Shown here: positions 13,101-26,845 of the stretch, in pieces | Numbering within the stretch: the first letter of the stretch is position 1 | Layout of the letters: each line of letters starts with the position of its first letter | Translations under genes and position numbers: made by a program | NCBI GenBank assembly: GCA_964057225.1 | Contig: OZ059895.1 | Span: 16,058,001-16,122,000, forward strand | From: Auanema rhodensis | Lineage: Eukaryota; Animalia; Nematoda | Length of the DNA: 64,000 nucleotides | Direction of reading: 5' to 3' | The notes under the pieces: generated by a model | What the model saw: only the letters and a program-made list of their open reading frames with translations | Told to the model about the DNA's origin: nothing | The model's database searches: none

Positions 13101-16100
13101 TCCAGGTAATGCCCTGAGGGTTAAATTATCCGTAAATGTATTGTTTCATTGGCTAAATAGTTGTGAACGGGATGGTCGCCAATACTTTCGGGTTCTTCCC
13201 GCTTGAGTTGCAATTAAAACCTGATCGAATGTTTTTCCTCAAGATTCAGAAATTGAATAAAGTGAAACCCATATGAGATACCAAACAAGGTATGGCCTGT
13301 TAGACTCATTGAGTTGACCAATAAACTTACCTGGCTGGGAGCTGCCCGCGATCATCAAGGCGGGCTCTCTACGAAGAGGCCTGATCATTGCACTTTTCGA
13401 TTGGGCTGACCTGTATGGCAATCTCGAGTTGAGATTCGCCAACAGCTAAATTTTTGCGTTTGGGGATGCGTTCGCGCGTCCCTTACAATCTCGAATATTA
13501 ATTTCATGCTTGGTAATCAGAATATCGTGAGAGTTTCACGTGAAATCCACGTACATCCACACGCTCACTTCATTTTTGAATTATAATAGCACTTGACCGG
13601 TTGTTCTTCATGTTATAAAATTACTTCTATACTACAATTTTTCTTTTCAGGAAATTGTGATCATTGAAGCCAAGGGAGAGACTTAGAATCGTAACGTTGG
13701 TATTCTGATAACGTGTAGTCTCATATCCTCGGTAGTATAGTGGTGAGTATCCGCGTCTGTCACATGCGAGACCCGGGTTCAATTCCCGGCCGGGGAGAAT
13801 GTTTTACACCTGTTCAGTATGTTTTCTTCCAGGTAATGCCCTGAGGGTTAAAATATCCGTAAATGTATTGTTTCATTGGCTAAATAGTTGTGAACGGGAT
13901 GGTCGCCAATACTTTCGGGTTCTTCCCGCTTGAGTTGCAATTAAAACCTGATCGAATGTTTTTCCTCAAGATTCAGAAATTGAATAAAGTGAAACCCATA
14001 TGAGATACCAAACAAGGTATGGCCTGTTAGACTCATTGAGTTGACCAATAAACTTACCTGGCTGGGAGCTGCCCGCGATCATCAAGGCGGGCTCTCTACG
14101 AAGAGGCCTGATCATTGCACTTTTCGATTGGGCTGACCTGTATGGCAATCTCGAGTTGAGATTCGCCAACAGCTAAATTTTTGCGTTGGGGGATGCGTTC
14201 GCGCGTCCCTTACAATCTCGAATATTAATTTCATGCTTGGTAATCAGAATATCGTGAGAGTTTCACGTGAAATCCACGTACATCCACACGCTCACTTCAT
14301 TTTTGAATTATAATAGCACTTGACCGGTTGTTCTTCATGTTATAAAATTACTTCTATACTACAATTTTTCTTTTCAGGAAATTGTGATCATTGAAGCCAA
14401 GGGAGAGACTTAGAATCGTAACGTTGGTATTCTGATAACGTGTAGTCTCATATCCTCGGTAGTATAGTGGTGAGTATCCGCGTCTGTCACATGCGAGACC
14501 CGGGTTCAATTCCCGGCCGGGGAGAATGTTTTACACCTGTTCAGTATGTTTTCTTCCAGGTAATGCCCTGAGGGTTAAATTATCCGTAAATGTATTGTTT
14601 CATTGGCTAAATAGTTGTGAACGGGATGGTCGCCAGTACTTTCGGGTTCTTCCCGCTTGAGTTGCAATTAAAACCTGATCGAATGTTTTTCCTCAAGATT
14701 CAGAAATTGAATAAAGTGAAACCCATATGAGATACCAAACAAGGTATGGCCTGTTAGACTCATTGAGTTGACCAATAAACTTACCTGGCTGGGAGCTGCC
14801 CGCGATCATCAAGGCGGGCTCTCTACGAAGAGGCCTGATCATTGCACTTTTCGATTGGGCTGACCTGTATGGCAATCTCGAGTTGAGATTCGCCAACAGC
14901 TAAATTTTTGCGTTTGGGGATGCGTTCGCGCGTCCCTTACAATCTGAAGTATAAATTTCATGCTTGGTAATCAGAATATCGTGAGAGTTTCACGTGAAAT
15001 CCACGTACATCCACACGCTCACTTCATTTTTGAATTATAATAGCACTTGACCGGTTGTTCTTCATGTTTTAAAGTTACTTCTATACTACAATTTTTCTTT
15101 TCAGGAAATTGTGATCATTGAAGCCAAGGGAGAGACTTAGAATCGTAACGTTGGTATTCTGATAACGTGTAGTCTCATATCCTCGGTAGTATAGTGGTGA
15201 GTATCCGCGTCTGTCACATGCGAGACCCGGGTTCAATTCCCGGCCGGGGAGAATGTTTTACACCTGTTCAGTATGTTTTCTTCCAGGTAATGCCCTGAGG
15301 GTTAAATTATCCGTAAATGTATTGTTTCATTGGCTAAATAGTTGTGAACGGGATGGTCGCCAGTACTTTCGGGTTCTTCCCGCTTGAGTTGCAATTAAAA
15401 CCTGATCGAATGTTTTTCCTCAAGATTCAGAAATTGAATAAAGTGAAACCCATATGAGATACCAAACAAGGTATGGCCTGTTAGACTCATTGAGTTGACC
15501 ATTAAACTTACCTGGCTGGGAGCTGCCCGCGATCATCAAGGCGGGCTCTCTACGAAGAGGCCTGATCATTGCACTTTTCGATTGGGCTGACCTGTATGGC
15601 AATCTCGAGTTGAGATTCGCCAACAGCTAAATTTTTGCGTTTGGGGATGCGTTCGCGCGTCCCTTACAATCTCGAATATTAATTTCATGCTTGGTAATCA
15701 GAATATCGTGAGAGTTTCACGTGAAATCCACGTATATCCACACGCTCACTTCATTTTTGAATTATAATAGCACTTAACCGGTTGTTCTTCATGTTATAAA
15801 ATTACTTCTATACTACAATTTTTCTTTTCAGGAAATTGTGATCATTGAAGCCAAGGGAGAGACTTAGAATCGTAACGTTGGTATTCTGATAACGTGTAGT
15901 CTCATATCCTCGGTAGTATAGTGGTGAGTATCCGCGTCTGTCACATGCGAGACCCGGGTTTAATTCCCGGCCGGGGAGAATGTTTTACACCTGTTCAGTA
16001 TGTTTTCTTCCAGGTAATGCCCTGAGGGTTAAATTATCCGTAAATGTATTGTTTCATTGGCTAAATAGTTGTGAACGGGATGGTCGCCAATACTTTCGGG

Positions 16101-19100
16101 TTCTTCCCGCTTGAGTTGCAATTAAAACCTGATCGAATGTTTTTCCTCAAGATTCAGAAATTGAATAAAGTGAAACCCATATGAGATACCAAACAAGGTA
16201 TGGCCTGTTAGACTCATTGAGTTGACCATTAAACTTACCTGGCTGGGAGCTGCCCGCGATCATCAAGGCGGGCTCTCTACGAAGAGGCCTGATCATTGCA
16301 CTTTTCGATTGGGCTGACCTGTATGGCAATCTCGAGTTGAGATTCGCCAACAGCTAAATTTTTGCGTTTGGGGATGCGTTCGCGCGTCCCTTACAATCTC
16401 GAATATTAATTTCATGCTTGGTAATCAGAATATCGTGAGAGTTTCACGTGAAATCCACGTATATCCACACGCTCACTTCATTTTTGAATTATAATAGCAC
16501 TTGACCGGTTGTTCTTCATGTTATAAAATTACTTCTATACTACAATTTTTCTTTTCAGGAAATTGTGATCATTGAAGCCAAGGGAGAGACTTAGAATCGT
16601 AACGTTGGTATTCTGATAACGTGTAGTCTCATATCCTCGGTAGTATAGTGGTGAGTATCCGCGTCTGTCACATGCGAGACCCGGGTTCAATTCCCGGCCG
16701 GGGAGAATGTTTTACACCTGTTCAGTATGTTTTCTTCCAGGTAATGCCCTGAGGGTTAAATTATCCGTAAATGTATTGTTTCATTGGCTAAATAGTTGTG
16801 AACGGGATGGTCGCCAGTACTTTCGGGTTCTTCCCGCTTGAGTTGCAATTAAAACCTGATCGAATGTTTTTCCTCAAGGTTCAGAAATTGAATAAAGTGA
16901 AACCCATATGAGATACCAAACAAGGTATGGCCTGTTAGACTCATTGAGTAGACCATTAAACTTACCTGGCTGGGAGCTGCCCGCGATCATCAAGGCGGGC
17001 TCTCTACGAAGAGGCCTGATCATTGCACTTTTCGATTGGGCTGACCTGTATGGCAATCTCGAGTTGAGATTCGCCAACAGCTAAATTTTTGCGTTTGGGG
17101 ATGCGTTCGCGCGTCCCTTACAATCTGAAGTATAAATTTCATGCTTGGTAATCAGAATATCGTGAGAGTTTCACGTGAAATCCACGTACATCCACACGCT
17201 CACTTCATTTTTGAATTATAATAGCACTTGACCGGTTGTTCTTCATGTTATAAAATTACTTCTATACTACAATTTTTCTTTTCAGGAAATTGTGATCATT
17301 GAAGCCAAGGGAGAGACTTAGAATCGTAACGTTGGTATTCTGATAACGTGTAGTCTCATATCCTCGGTAGTATAGTGGTGAGTATCCGCGTCTGTCACAT
17401 GCGAGACCCGGGTTCAATTCCCGGCCGGGGAGAATGTTTTACACCTGTTCAGTATGTTTTCTTCCAGGTAATGCCCTGAGTATTAAATTATCCGTATATA
17501 TGTTGTTTCATTGGCAAAATAGTTGTGAACGGGATGGTCGCCAATATTGTCGGGTTCTTCCAGCTTGAGTTGCAATTAAAACTTGATGGAATGTTTTTCC
17601 TCAAGATTCAGAAATTGAATAAAGTGAAACCCATATGAGATACCAAACAAGGTATGGCCTGTTAGACTCATTGAGTTGACCATTAAACTTACCTGGCTGG
17701 GAGCTGCCCGCGATCATCAAGGCGGGCTCTCTACGAAGAGGCCTGATCATTGCACTTTTCGATTGGGCTGACCTGTATGGCAATCTCGAGTTGAGATTCG
17801 CCAACAGCTAAATTTTTGCGTTTGGGGATGCGTTCGCGCGTCCCTTACAATCTCGAATATTAATTTCATGCTTAGTAATCAGAATATCGTGAGAGTTTCA
17901 CGTGAAATCCACGTACATCCACACGCTCACTTCATTTTTGAATTATAATAGCACTTGACCGGTTGTTCTTCATGTTATAAAATTACTTCTATACTACAAT
18001 TTTTCTTTTCAGGAAATTGTGATCATTGAAGCCAAGGGAGAGACTTAGAATCGTAACGTTGGTATTCTGATAACGTGTAGTCTCATATCCTCGGTAGTAT
18101 AGTGGTGAGTATCCGCGTCTGTCACATGCGAGACCCGGGTTCAATTCCCGGCCGGGGAGAATGTTTTACACCTGTTCAGTATGTTTTCTTCCAGGTAATG
18201 CCCTGAGGGTTAAATTATCCGTAAATGTATTGTTTCATTGGCTAAATAGTTGTGAACGGGATGGTCGCCAATACTTTCGGGTTCTTCCCGCTTGAGTTGC
18301 AATTAAAACCTGATCGAATGTTTTTCCTCAAGATTCAGAAATTGAATAAAGTGAAACCCATATGAGATACCAAACAAGGTATGGCCTGTTAGACTCATTG
18401 AGTTGACCAATAAACTTACCTGGCTGGGAGCTGCCCGCGATTATCAAGGCGGGCTCTCTACGAAGAGGCCTGATCATTGCACTTTTCGATTGGGCTGACC
18501 TGTATGGCAATCTCGAGTTGAGATTCGCCAACAGCTAAATTTTTGCGTTTGGGGATGCGTTCGCGCGTCCCTTACAATCTCGAATATTAATTTCATGCTT
18601 GGTAATCAGAATATCGTGAGAGTTTCACGTGAAATCCACGTACATCCACACGCTCACTTCATTTTTGAATTATAATAGCACTTGACCGGTTGTTCTTCAT
18701 GTTATAAAATTACTTCTATACTACAATTTTTCTTTTCAGGAAATTGTGATCATTGAAGCCAAGGGAGAGACTTAGAATCGTAACGTTGGTATTCTGATAA
18801 CGTGTAGTCTCATATCCTCGGTAGTATAGTGGTGAGTATCCGCGTCTGTCACATGCGAGACCCGGGTTCAATTCCCGGCCGGGGAGAATGTTTTACACCT
18901 GTTCAGTATGTTTTCTTCCAGGTAATGCCCTGAGGGTTAAAATATCCGTAAATGTATTGTTTCATTGGCTAAATAGTTGTGAACGGGATGGTCGCCAATA
19001 CTTTCGGGTTCTTCCCGCTTGAGTTGCAATTAAAACCTGATCGAATGTTTTTCCTCAAGATTCAGAAATTGAATAAAGTGAAACCCATATGAGATACCAA

Positions 19101-22100
19101 ACAAGGTATGGCCTGTTAGACTCATTGAGTTGACCAATAAACTTACCTGGCTGGGAGCTGCCCGCGATCATCAAGGCGGGCTCTCTACGAAGAGGCCTGA
19201 TCATTGCACTTTTCGATTGGGCTGACCTGTATGGCAATCTCGAGTTGAGATTCGCCAACAGCTAAATTTTTGCGTTGGGGGATGCGTTCGCGCGTCCCTT
19301 ACAATCTCGAATATTAATTTCATGCTTGGTAATCAGAATATCGTGAGAGTTTCACGTGAAATCCACGTACATCCACACGCTCACTTCATTTTTGAATTAT
19401 AATAGCACTTGACCGGTTGTTCTTCATGTTATAAAATTACTTCTATACTACAATTTTTCTTTTCAGGAAATTGTGATCATTGAAGCCAAGGGAGAGACTT
19501 AGAATCGTAACGTTGGTATTCTGATAACGTGTAGTCTCATATCCTCGGTAGTATAGTGGTGAGTATCCGCGTCTGTCACATGCGAGACCCGGGTTCAATT
19601 CCCGGCCGGGGAGAATGTTTTACACCTGTTCAGTATGTTTTCTTCCAGGTAATGCCCTGAGGGTTAAATTATCCGTAAATGTATTGTTTCATTGGCTAAA
19701 TAGTTGTGAACGGGATGGTCGCCAGTACTTTCGGGTTCTTCCCGCTTGAGTTGCAATTAAAACCTGATCGAATGTTTTTCCTCAAGATTCAGAAATTGAA
19801 TAAAGTGAAACCCATATGAGATACCAAACAAGGTATGGCCTGTTAGACTCATTGAGTTGACCAATAAACTTACCTGGCTGGGAGCTGCCCGCGATCATCA
19901 AGGCGGGCTCTCTACGAAGAGGCCTGATCATTGCACTTTTCGATTGGGCTGACCTGTATGGCAATCTCGAGTTGAGATTCGCCAACAGCTAAATTTTTGC
20001 GTTTGGGGATGCGTTCGCGCGTCCCTTACAATCTGAAGTATAAATTTCATGCTTGGTAATCAGAATATCGTGAGAGTTTCACGTGAAATCCACGTACATC
20101 CACACGCTCACTTCATTTTTGAATTATAATAGCACTTGACCGGTTGTTCTTCATGTTTTAAAGTTACTTCTATACTACAATTTTTCTTTTCAGGAAATTG
20201 TGATCATTGAAGCCAAGGGAGAGACTTAGAATCGTAACGTTGGTATTCTGATAACGTGTAGTCTCATATCCTCGGTAGTATAGTGGTGAGTATCCGCGTC
20301 TGTCACATGCGAGACCCGGGTTCAATTCCCGGCCGGGGAGAATGTTTTACACCTGTTCAGTATGTTTTCTTCCAGGTAATGCCCTGAGGGTTAAATTATC
20401 CGTAAATGTATTGTTTCATTGGCTAAATAGTTGTGAACGGGATGGTCGCCAGTACTTTCGGGTTCTTCCCGCTTGAGTTGCAATTAAAACCTGATCGAAT
20501 GTTTTTCCTCAAGATTCAGAAATTGAATAAAGTGAAACCCATATGAGATACCAAACAAGGTATGGCCTGTTAGACTCATTGAGTTGACCATTAAACTTAC
20601 CTGGCTGGGAGCTGCCCGCGATCATCAAGGCGGGCTCTCTACGAAGAGGCCTGATCATTGCACTTTTCGATTGGGCTGACCTGTATGGCAATCTCGAGTT
20701 GAGATTCGCCAACAGCTAAATTTTTGCGTTTGGGGATGCGTTCGCGCGTCCCTTACAATCTCGAATATTAATTTCATGCTTGGTAATCAGAATATCGTGA
20801 GAGTTTCACGTGAAATCCACGTATATCCACACGCTCACTTCATTTTTGAATTATAATAGCACTTGACCGGTTGTTCTTCATGTTATAAAATTACTTCTAT
20901 ACTACAATTTTTCTTTTCAGGAAATTGTGATCATTGAAGCCAAGGGAGAGACTTAGAATCGTAACGTTGGTATTCTGATAACGTGTAGTCTCATATCCTC
21001 GGTAGTATAGTGGTGAGTATCCGCGTCTGTCACATGCGAGACCCGGGTTTAATTCCCGGCCGGGGAGAATGTTTTACACCTGTTCAGTATGTTTTCTTCC
21101 AGGTAATGCCCTGAGGGTTAAATTATCCGTAAATGTATTGTTTCATTGGCTAAATAGTTGTGAACGGGATGGTCGCCAATACTTTCGGGTTCTTCCCGCT
21201 TGAGTTGCAATTAAAACCTGATCGAATGTTTTTCCTCAAGATTCAGAAATTGAATAAAGTGAAACCCATATGAGATACCAAACAAGGTATGGCCTGTTAG
21301 ACTCATTGAGTTGACCATTAAACTTACCTGGCTGGGAGCTGCCCGCGATCATCAAGGCGGGCTCTCTACGAAGAGGCCTGATCATTGCACTTTTCGATTG
21401 GGCTGACCTGTATGGCAATCTCGAGTTGAGATTCGCCAACAGCTAAATTTTTGCGTTTGGGGATGCGTTCGCGCGTCCCTTACAATCTCGAATATTAATT
21501 TCATGCTTGGTAATCAGAATATCGTGAGAGTTTCACGTGAAATCCACGTATATCCACACGCTCACTTCATTTTTGAATTATAATAGCACTTGACCGGTTG
21601 TTCTTCATGTTATAAAATTACTTCTATACTACAATTTTTCTTTTCAGGAAATTGTGATCATTGAAGCCAAGGGAGAGACTTAGAATCGTAACGTTGGTAT
21701 TCTGATAACGTGTAGTCTCATATCCTCGGTAGTATAGTGGTGAGTATCCGCGTCTGTCACATGCGAGACCCGGGTTCAATTCCCGGCCGGGGAGAATGTT
21801 TTACACCTGTTCAGTATGTTTTCTTCCAGGTAATGCCCTGAGGGTTAAATTATCCGTAAATGTATTGTTTCATTGGCTAAATAGTTGTGAACGGGATGGT
21901 CGCCAGTACTTTCGGGTTCTTCCCGCTTGAGTTGCAATTAAAACCTGATCGAATGTTTTTCCTCAAGATTCAGAAATTGAATAAAGTGAAACCCATATGA
22001 GATACCAAACAAGGTATGGCCTGTTAGACTCATTGAGTTGACCATTAAACTTACCTGGCTGGGAGCTGCCCGCGATCATCAAGGCGGGCTCTCTACGAAG

Positions 22101-23500
22101 AGGCCTGATCATTGCACTTTTCGATTGGGCTGACCTGTATGGCAATCTCGAGTTGAGATTCGCCAACAGCTAAATTTTTGCGTTTGGGGATGCGTTCGCG
22201 CGTCCCTTACAATCTGAAGTATAAATTTCATGCTTGGTAATCAGAATATCGTGAGAGTTTCACGTGAAATCCACGTACATCCACACGCTCACTTCATTTT
22301 TGAATTATAATAGCACTTGACCGGTTGTTCTTCATGTTATAAAATTACTTCTATACTACAATTTTTCTTTTCAGGAAATTGTGATCATTGAAGCCAAGGG
22401 AGAGACTTAGAATCGTAACGTTGGTATTCTGATAACGTGTAGTCTCATATCCTCGGTAGTATAGTGGTGAGTATCCGCGTCTGTCACATGCGAGACCCGG
22501 GTTCAATTCCCGGCCGGGGAGAATGTTTTACACCTGTTCAGTATGTTTTCTTCCAGGTAATGCCCTGAGGGTTAAATTATCCGTAAATGTATTGTTTCAT
22601 TGGCTAAATAGTTGTGAACGGGATGGTCGCCAGTACTTTCGGGTTCTTCCCGCTTGAGTTGCAATTAAAACCTGATCGAATGTTTTTCCTCAAGGTTCAG
22701 AAATTGAATAAAGTGAAACCCATATGAGATACCAAACAAGGTATGGCCTGTTAGACTCATTGAGTAGACCATTAAACTTACCTGGCTGGGAGCTGCCCGC
22801 GATCATCAAGGCGGGCTCTCTACGAAGAGGCCTGATCATTGCACTTTTCGATTGGGCTGACCTGTATGGCAATCTCGAGTTGAGATTCGCCAACAGCTAA
22901 ATTTTTGCGTTTGGGGATGCGTTCGCGCGTCCCTTACAATCTGAAGTATAAATTTCATGCTTGGTAATCAGAATATCGTGAGAGTTTCACGTGAAATCCA
23001 CGTACATCCACACGCTCACTTCATTTTTGAATTATAATAGCACTTGACCGGTTGTTCTTCATGTTATAAAATTACTTCTATACTACAATTTTTCTTTTCA
23101 GGAAATTGTGATCATTGAAGCCAAGGGAGAGACTTAGAATCGTAACGTTGGTATTCTGATAACGTGTAGTCTCATATCCTCGGTAGTATAGTGGTGAGTA
23201 TCCGCGTCTGTCACATGCGAGACCCGGGTTCAATTCCCGGCCGGGGAGAATGTTTTACACCTGTTCAGTATGTTTTCTTCCAGGTAATGCCCTGAGGGTT
23301 AAATTATCCGTAAATGTATTGTTTCATTGGCTAAATAGTTGTGAACGGGATGGTCGCCAATACTTTCGGGTTCTTCCCGCTTGAGTTGCAATTAAAACCT
23401 GATCGAATGTTTTTCCTCAAGATTCAGAAATTGAATAAAGTGAAACCCATATGAGATACCAAACAAGGTATGGCCTGTTAGACTCATTGAGTTGACCAAT

Positions 23501-23662
23501 AAACTTACCTGGCTGGGAGCTGCCCGCGATCATCAAGGCGGGCTCTCTACGAAGAGGCCTGATCATTGCACTTTTCGATTGGGCTGACCTGTATGGCAAT
23601 CTCGAGTTGAGATTCGCCAACAGCTAAATTTTTGCGTTTGGGGATGCGTTCGCGCGTCCCTT
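23501..23662 (+). ncRNA. U1: U1 snRNA (last copy before Merlin)
   Basis: Identical to the first copy. Confidence 0.95.
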
Positions 23663-23903
23663 ACAATCTCGAATATTAATTTCATGCTTAGTAATCAGAA
23701 TATCGTGAGAGTTTCACGTGAAATCCACGTACATCCACACGCTCACTTCATTTTTGAATTATAATAGCACTTGACCGGTTGTTCTTCATGTTATAAAATT
23801 ACTTCTATACTACAATTTTTCTTTTCAGGAAATTGTGATCATTGAAGCCAAGGGAGAGACTTAGAATCGTAACGTTGGTATTCTGATAACGTGTAATCTC
23901 ATA

Positions 23904-23975
23904 TCCTCGGTAGTATAGTGGTGAGTATCCGCGTCTGTCACATGCGAGACCCGGGTTCAATTCCCGGCCGGGGAG
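23904..23975 (+). tRNA. tRNA-Asp: tRNA-Asp(GTC)
   Basis: Identical to the first copy. Confidence 0.96.
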
Positions 23976-24043
23976 AATGTTTTACACCTGTTCAGTATGT
24001 TTTCTTCCAGGTAATGCCCTGAGGGTTAAATTATCCGTAAATG

Positions 24044-25317
24044 GGTTCAAGTGCAGTTTCCCCCCCCCCCCGGCCCTAAGCCCCGCCTCTTTTGCCGAAA
24101 AGCACACAGTTGCTTAAAAAGTAAAAAAATTATAATAAATATCAAATAAAAAACAATCGATATCTCGAAGTCAATCTGACAGCATGTTCGCTCTAAGAGA
24201 TAAAGTTGCAACTAAAGAAAGTGCAATTCGATTTTTGCAAGAAAAGGGGTTGTTACCAGATGCTATGATCTGTAGCCTCTGCCAATCTGAAATGAAGCTC
24301 TCAATAGAGCGTGAACGGTGGAGATGCCCCAAAAAAAGCTGTAGGAAAGAACAGCAATTAAAAAAAAGAACAGTTTTAGAAGGTATAGCTTCACATTTAA
24401 GATGTAAATAATTAAAATTAAATAGGTTCTCACTTATCGTATTCCAACTTCATACTCTTCATTTACTGTTGGACAAAGGAGTATACTACAGTTCAATTTT
24501 GCAAAGATGAGCTGGGAATAGGATCCAATCATACTGTAGTAGATTATAATAATTTTTTACGTGAAGTCTGTGCCCACTCTCTTTTAAAAAATCCAGTTAA
24601 AATAGGGGGCCCTAATATGACTGTAGAGATAGATGAGACCCTTGTATCTAAGCGTAAATATAATGTTGGTAGGGTTAAGCCAGAGCAATGGGTGTTTGGG
24701 GGGATATGTCGTGAGACAAAGGAATGTTTTTTGTATGCAGTGCCTGATAGAAGTAGAGCTACTCTCCAGGAATGTATTGAGTTCTCAATAAATCCTGGAA
24801 GTACTATAATATCAGACTGCTGGCGCGCTTATGGGGGGTTAGAATCTTTAAACAAGCAATACACCCATCTGACGGTTAACCATTCATATAATTTTGTTGA
24901 CCCCGAAACCGCAGCTCATACTAATACTATAGAGGGAGTTTGGAACATTGCGAAAGCCAAATTTAAGCGTTTATGGGGGGTACAGACTCACATGTTAGAT
25001 GGTTATTTGTGTGAATTTATGTGGCGCCGTAGACACATAAATTCAGACCTTTTTGAAAATATGTTATGTGATATAAATGATTTTATGAATGATATTAATA
25101 ACCGTGAATAATAAAAATATTATAATTAAATTTAATCAAAAGAAAATCAAAACTAAACACCGAGAATGGGGGGTAAACCCCCCAAACCCCCCGTTCTGAA
25201 AGGTATGTCTCCCGCCGGTTTAAAATTATACAGGTTGACAAAAAGTATGCACCGTTTGGCAAAAGAGGCGGGGCTTAGGCGGGGGGGGGGGGGGGGGGGG
25301 GAAACTGCACTAGAGCC
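24044..25317 (+). mobile_element. Merlin (IS1016/IS1595-like) DNA transposon, 1274 bp
   Basis: TIRs GGTTCAAGTGCAGTTTC(C)n..CCTAAGCCCCGCCTCTTTTGCC / GGCAAAAGAGGCGGGGCTTAGGC(G)nAAACTGCACTAGAGCC. 8-bp TSD CGTAAATG (24036-24043, 25318-25325). The array period across it is 2009 = 727+1274+8. Confidence 0.93.
24184..25111 (+). CDS. Merlin transposase, two exons (24184-24382, 24426-25111), ~294 aa
   Basis: A 43-nt GT..AG intron joins the track ORFs in frame (..LEGSHLSY..KIGGPNMTVEIDET..). Motifs: N-terminal CxxC..WRC zinc ribbon, VEIDET, IISDCWRAY, VNHSYNFVDP, HTNTIEGVW, YLCEFMWRRR. Confidence 0.9.
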
Positions 25318-25509
25318 CGTAAATGTATTGTTTCATTGGCTAAATAGTTGTGAACGGGATGGTCGCCAATACTTTCGGGTTCTTCCCGCTTGAGTTGCAA
25401 TTAAAACCTGATCGAATGTTTTTCCTCAAGATTCAGAAATTGAATAAAGTGAAACCCATATGAGATACCAAACAAGGTATGGCCTGTTAGACTCATTGAG
25501 TTGACCATT

Positions 25510-25671
25510 AAACTTACCTGGCTGGGAGCTGCCCGCGATCATCAAGGCGGGCTCTCTACGAAGAGGCCTGATCATTGCACTTTTCGATTGGGCTGACCTG
25601 TATGGCAATCTCGAGTTGAGATTCGCCAACAGCTAAATTTTTGCGTTTGGGGATGCGTTCGCGCGTCCCTT
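25510..25671 (+). ncRNA. U1: U1 snRNA
   Basis: Full-length copy after Merlin. Confidence 0.95.
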
Positions 25672-25912
25672 ATAATCTGAAGTATAAATTTCATGCTTGG
25701 TAATCAGAATATCGTGAGAGTTTCACGTGAAATCCACGTACATCCACACGCTCACTTCATTTTTGAATTATAATAGCACTTGACCGGTTGTTCTTCATGT
25801 TATAAAATTACTTCTATACTACAATTTTTCTTTTCAGGAAATTGTGATCATTGAAGCCAAGGGAGAGACTTAGAATCGTAACGTTGGTATTCTGATAACG
25901 TGTAGTCTCATA

Positions 25913-25984
25913 TCCTCGGTAGTATAGTGGTGAGTATCCGCGTCTGTCACATGCGAGACCCGGGTTCAATTCCCGGCCGGGGAG
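25913..25984 (+). tRNA. tRNA-Asp: tRNA-Asp(GTC)
   Basis: Full-length copy. Confidence 0.96.
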
Positions 25985-26236
25985 AATGTTTTACACCTGT
26001 TCAGTATGTTTTCTTCCAGGTAATGCCCTGAGGGTTAAATTATCCGTAAATGTATTGTTTCATTGGCTAAATAGTTGTGAACGGGATGGTCGCCAACACT
26101 TTCGGGTTCTTCCCGCTTGAGTTGCAATTAAAACATGATCGAATGTTTTTCCTCAAGATTCAGAAATTGAATAAAGTGAAACCCATATGAGATACCAAAC
26201 AAGGTATGGCCTGTTAGACTCATTGAGTTGACCATT

Positions 26237-26376
26237 AAACTTACCTGGCTGGGAGCTGCCCGCGATCATCAAGGCGGGCTCTCTACGAAGAGGCCTGATC
26301 ATTGCACTTTTCGATTGGGCTGACCTGTATGGCAATCTCGAGTTGAGAATCGCCAACAGCTAAATTTTTGCGTTTG
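26237..26376 (+). pseudogene. U1 pseudogene lacking the 3' terminal stem-loop
   Basis: GCGTTTG is joined directly to TTCTGAAGTA, so SL4 is deleted. Confidence 0.85.
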
Positions 26377-26602
26377 TTCTGAAGTATTAATTTCATGCTT
26401 GGTGATCAGAATATCTTGAGAGTTTCACGTGAAATCCACGTACATCCACACGCTGACTTCATTTTTGAATTATAATAGCACTTGACCGGTTGTTCTTCAT
26501 GTTATAAAGTTACTTCTATACTACAATTTTTCTTTTCAGGAAATTGTGATCATCGAAGCGTAGTCAATGTAGTCTATAAGATGTGCGATATAGTGTTCCA
26601 GA

Positions 26603-26845
26603 TGTAGCGGTATTAATAGAGCATAATGGATAAACATAAGACTCATGAAAAGAAAGGTTTATTCTACGTAATGGTTACAATAAGTTACGATAAGAAATAA
26701 AGAGATATAAACTATAGGTGAGTTCCGAGGAGATGACAAGCCATCCTTAGTCATTCCATGAGACAGAACTAAAGTCTGAGTTCCATACAAAAGGCGTGTC
26801 AGCTCCTCTCGTCTCTTGTCGTCTAGTTCTAACCCGCCTGCTACA
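26603..26845 (-). mobile_element. Candidate 3' LTR of the minus-strand retroelement
   Basis: Termini TGTAGC...GCTACA, minus-strand AATAAA at ~26658, and minus-strand GTCGCGAGGACGCGAC shortly before it. An alternative left end is at 26568 (TGTAG). Confidence 0.5.

Larger units (their letters stand above)
735..26559 (+). repeat. Left tandem array of 727-bp U1 snRNA + tRNA-Asp units (~34 units, interrupted by Merlin)
   Basis: The 727-bp period is visible directly and in the ORF-track spacing. U1 starts: 965,1692,2418,3145,3872,4599,5326,6053,6780,7507,8234,8961,9688,10415,11142,11869,12596,13323,14050,14777,15504,16231,16958,17685,18412,19139,19866,20593,21320,22047,22774,23501,25510,26237 (last truncated). 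tRNA starts: 1368,2094,2821, then every 727 bp to 23904, and 25913. Confidence 0.98.
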
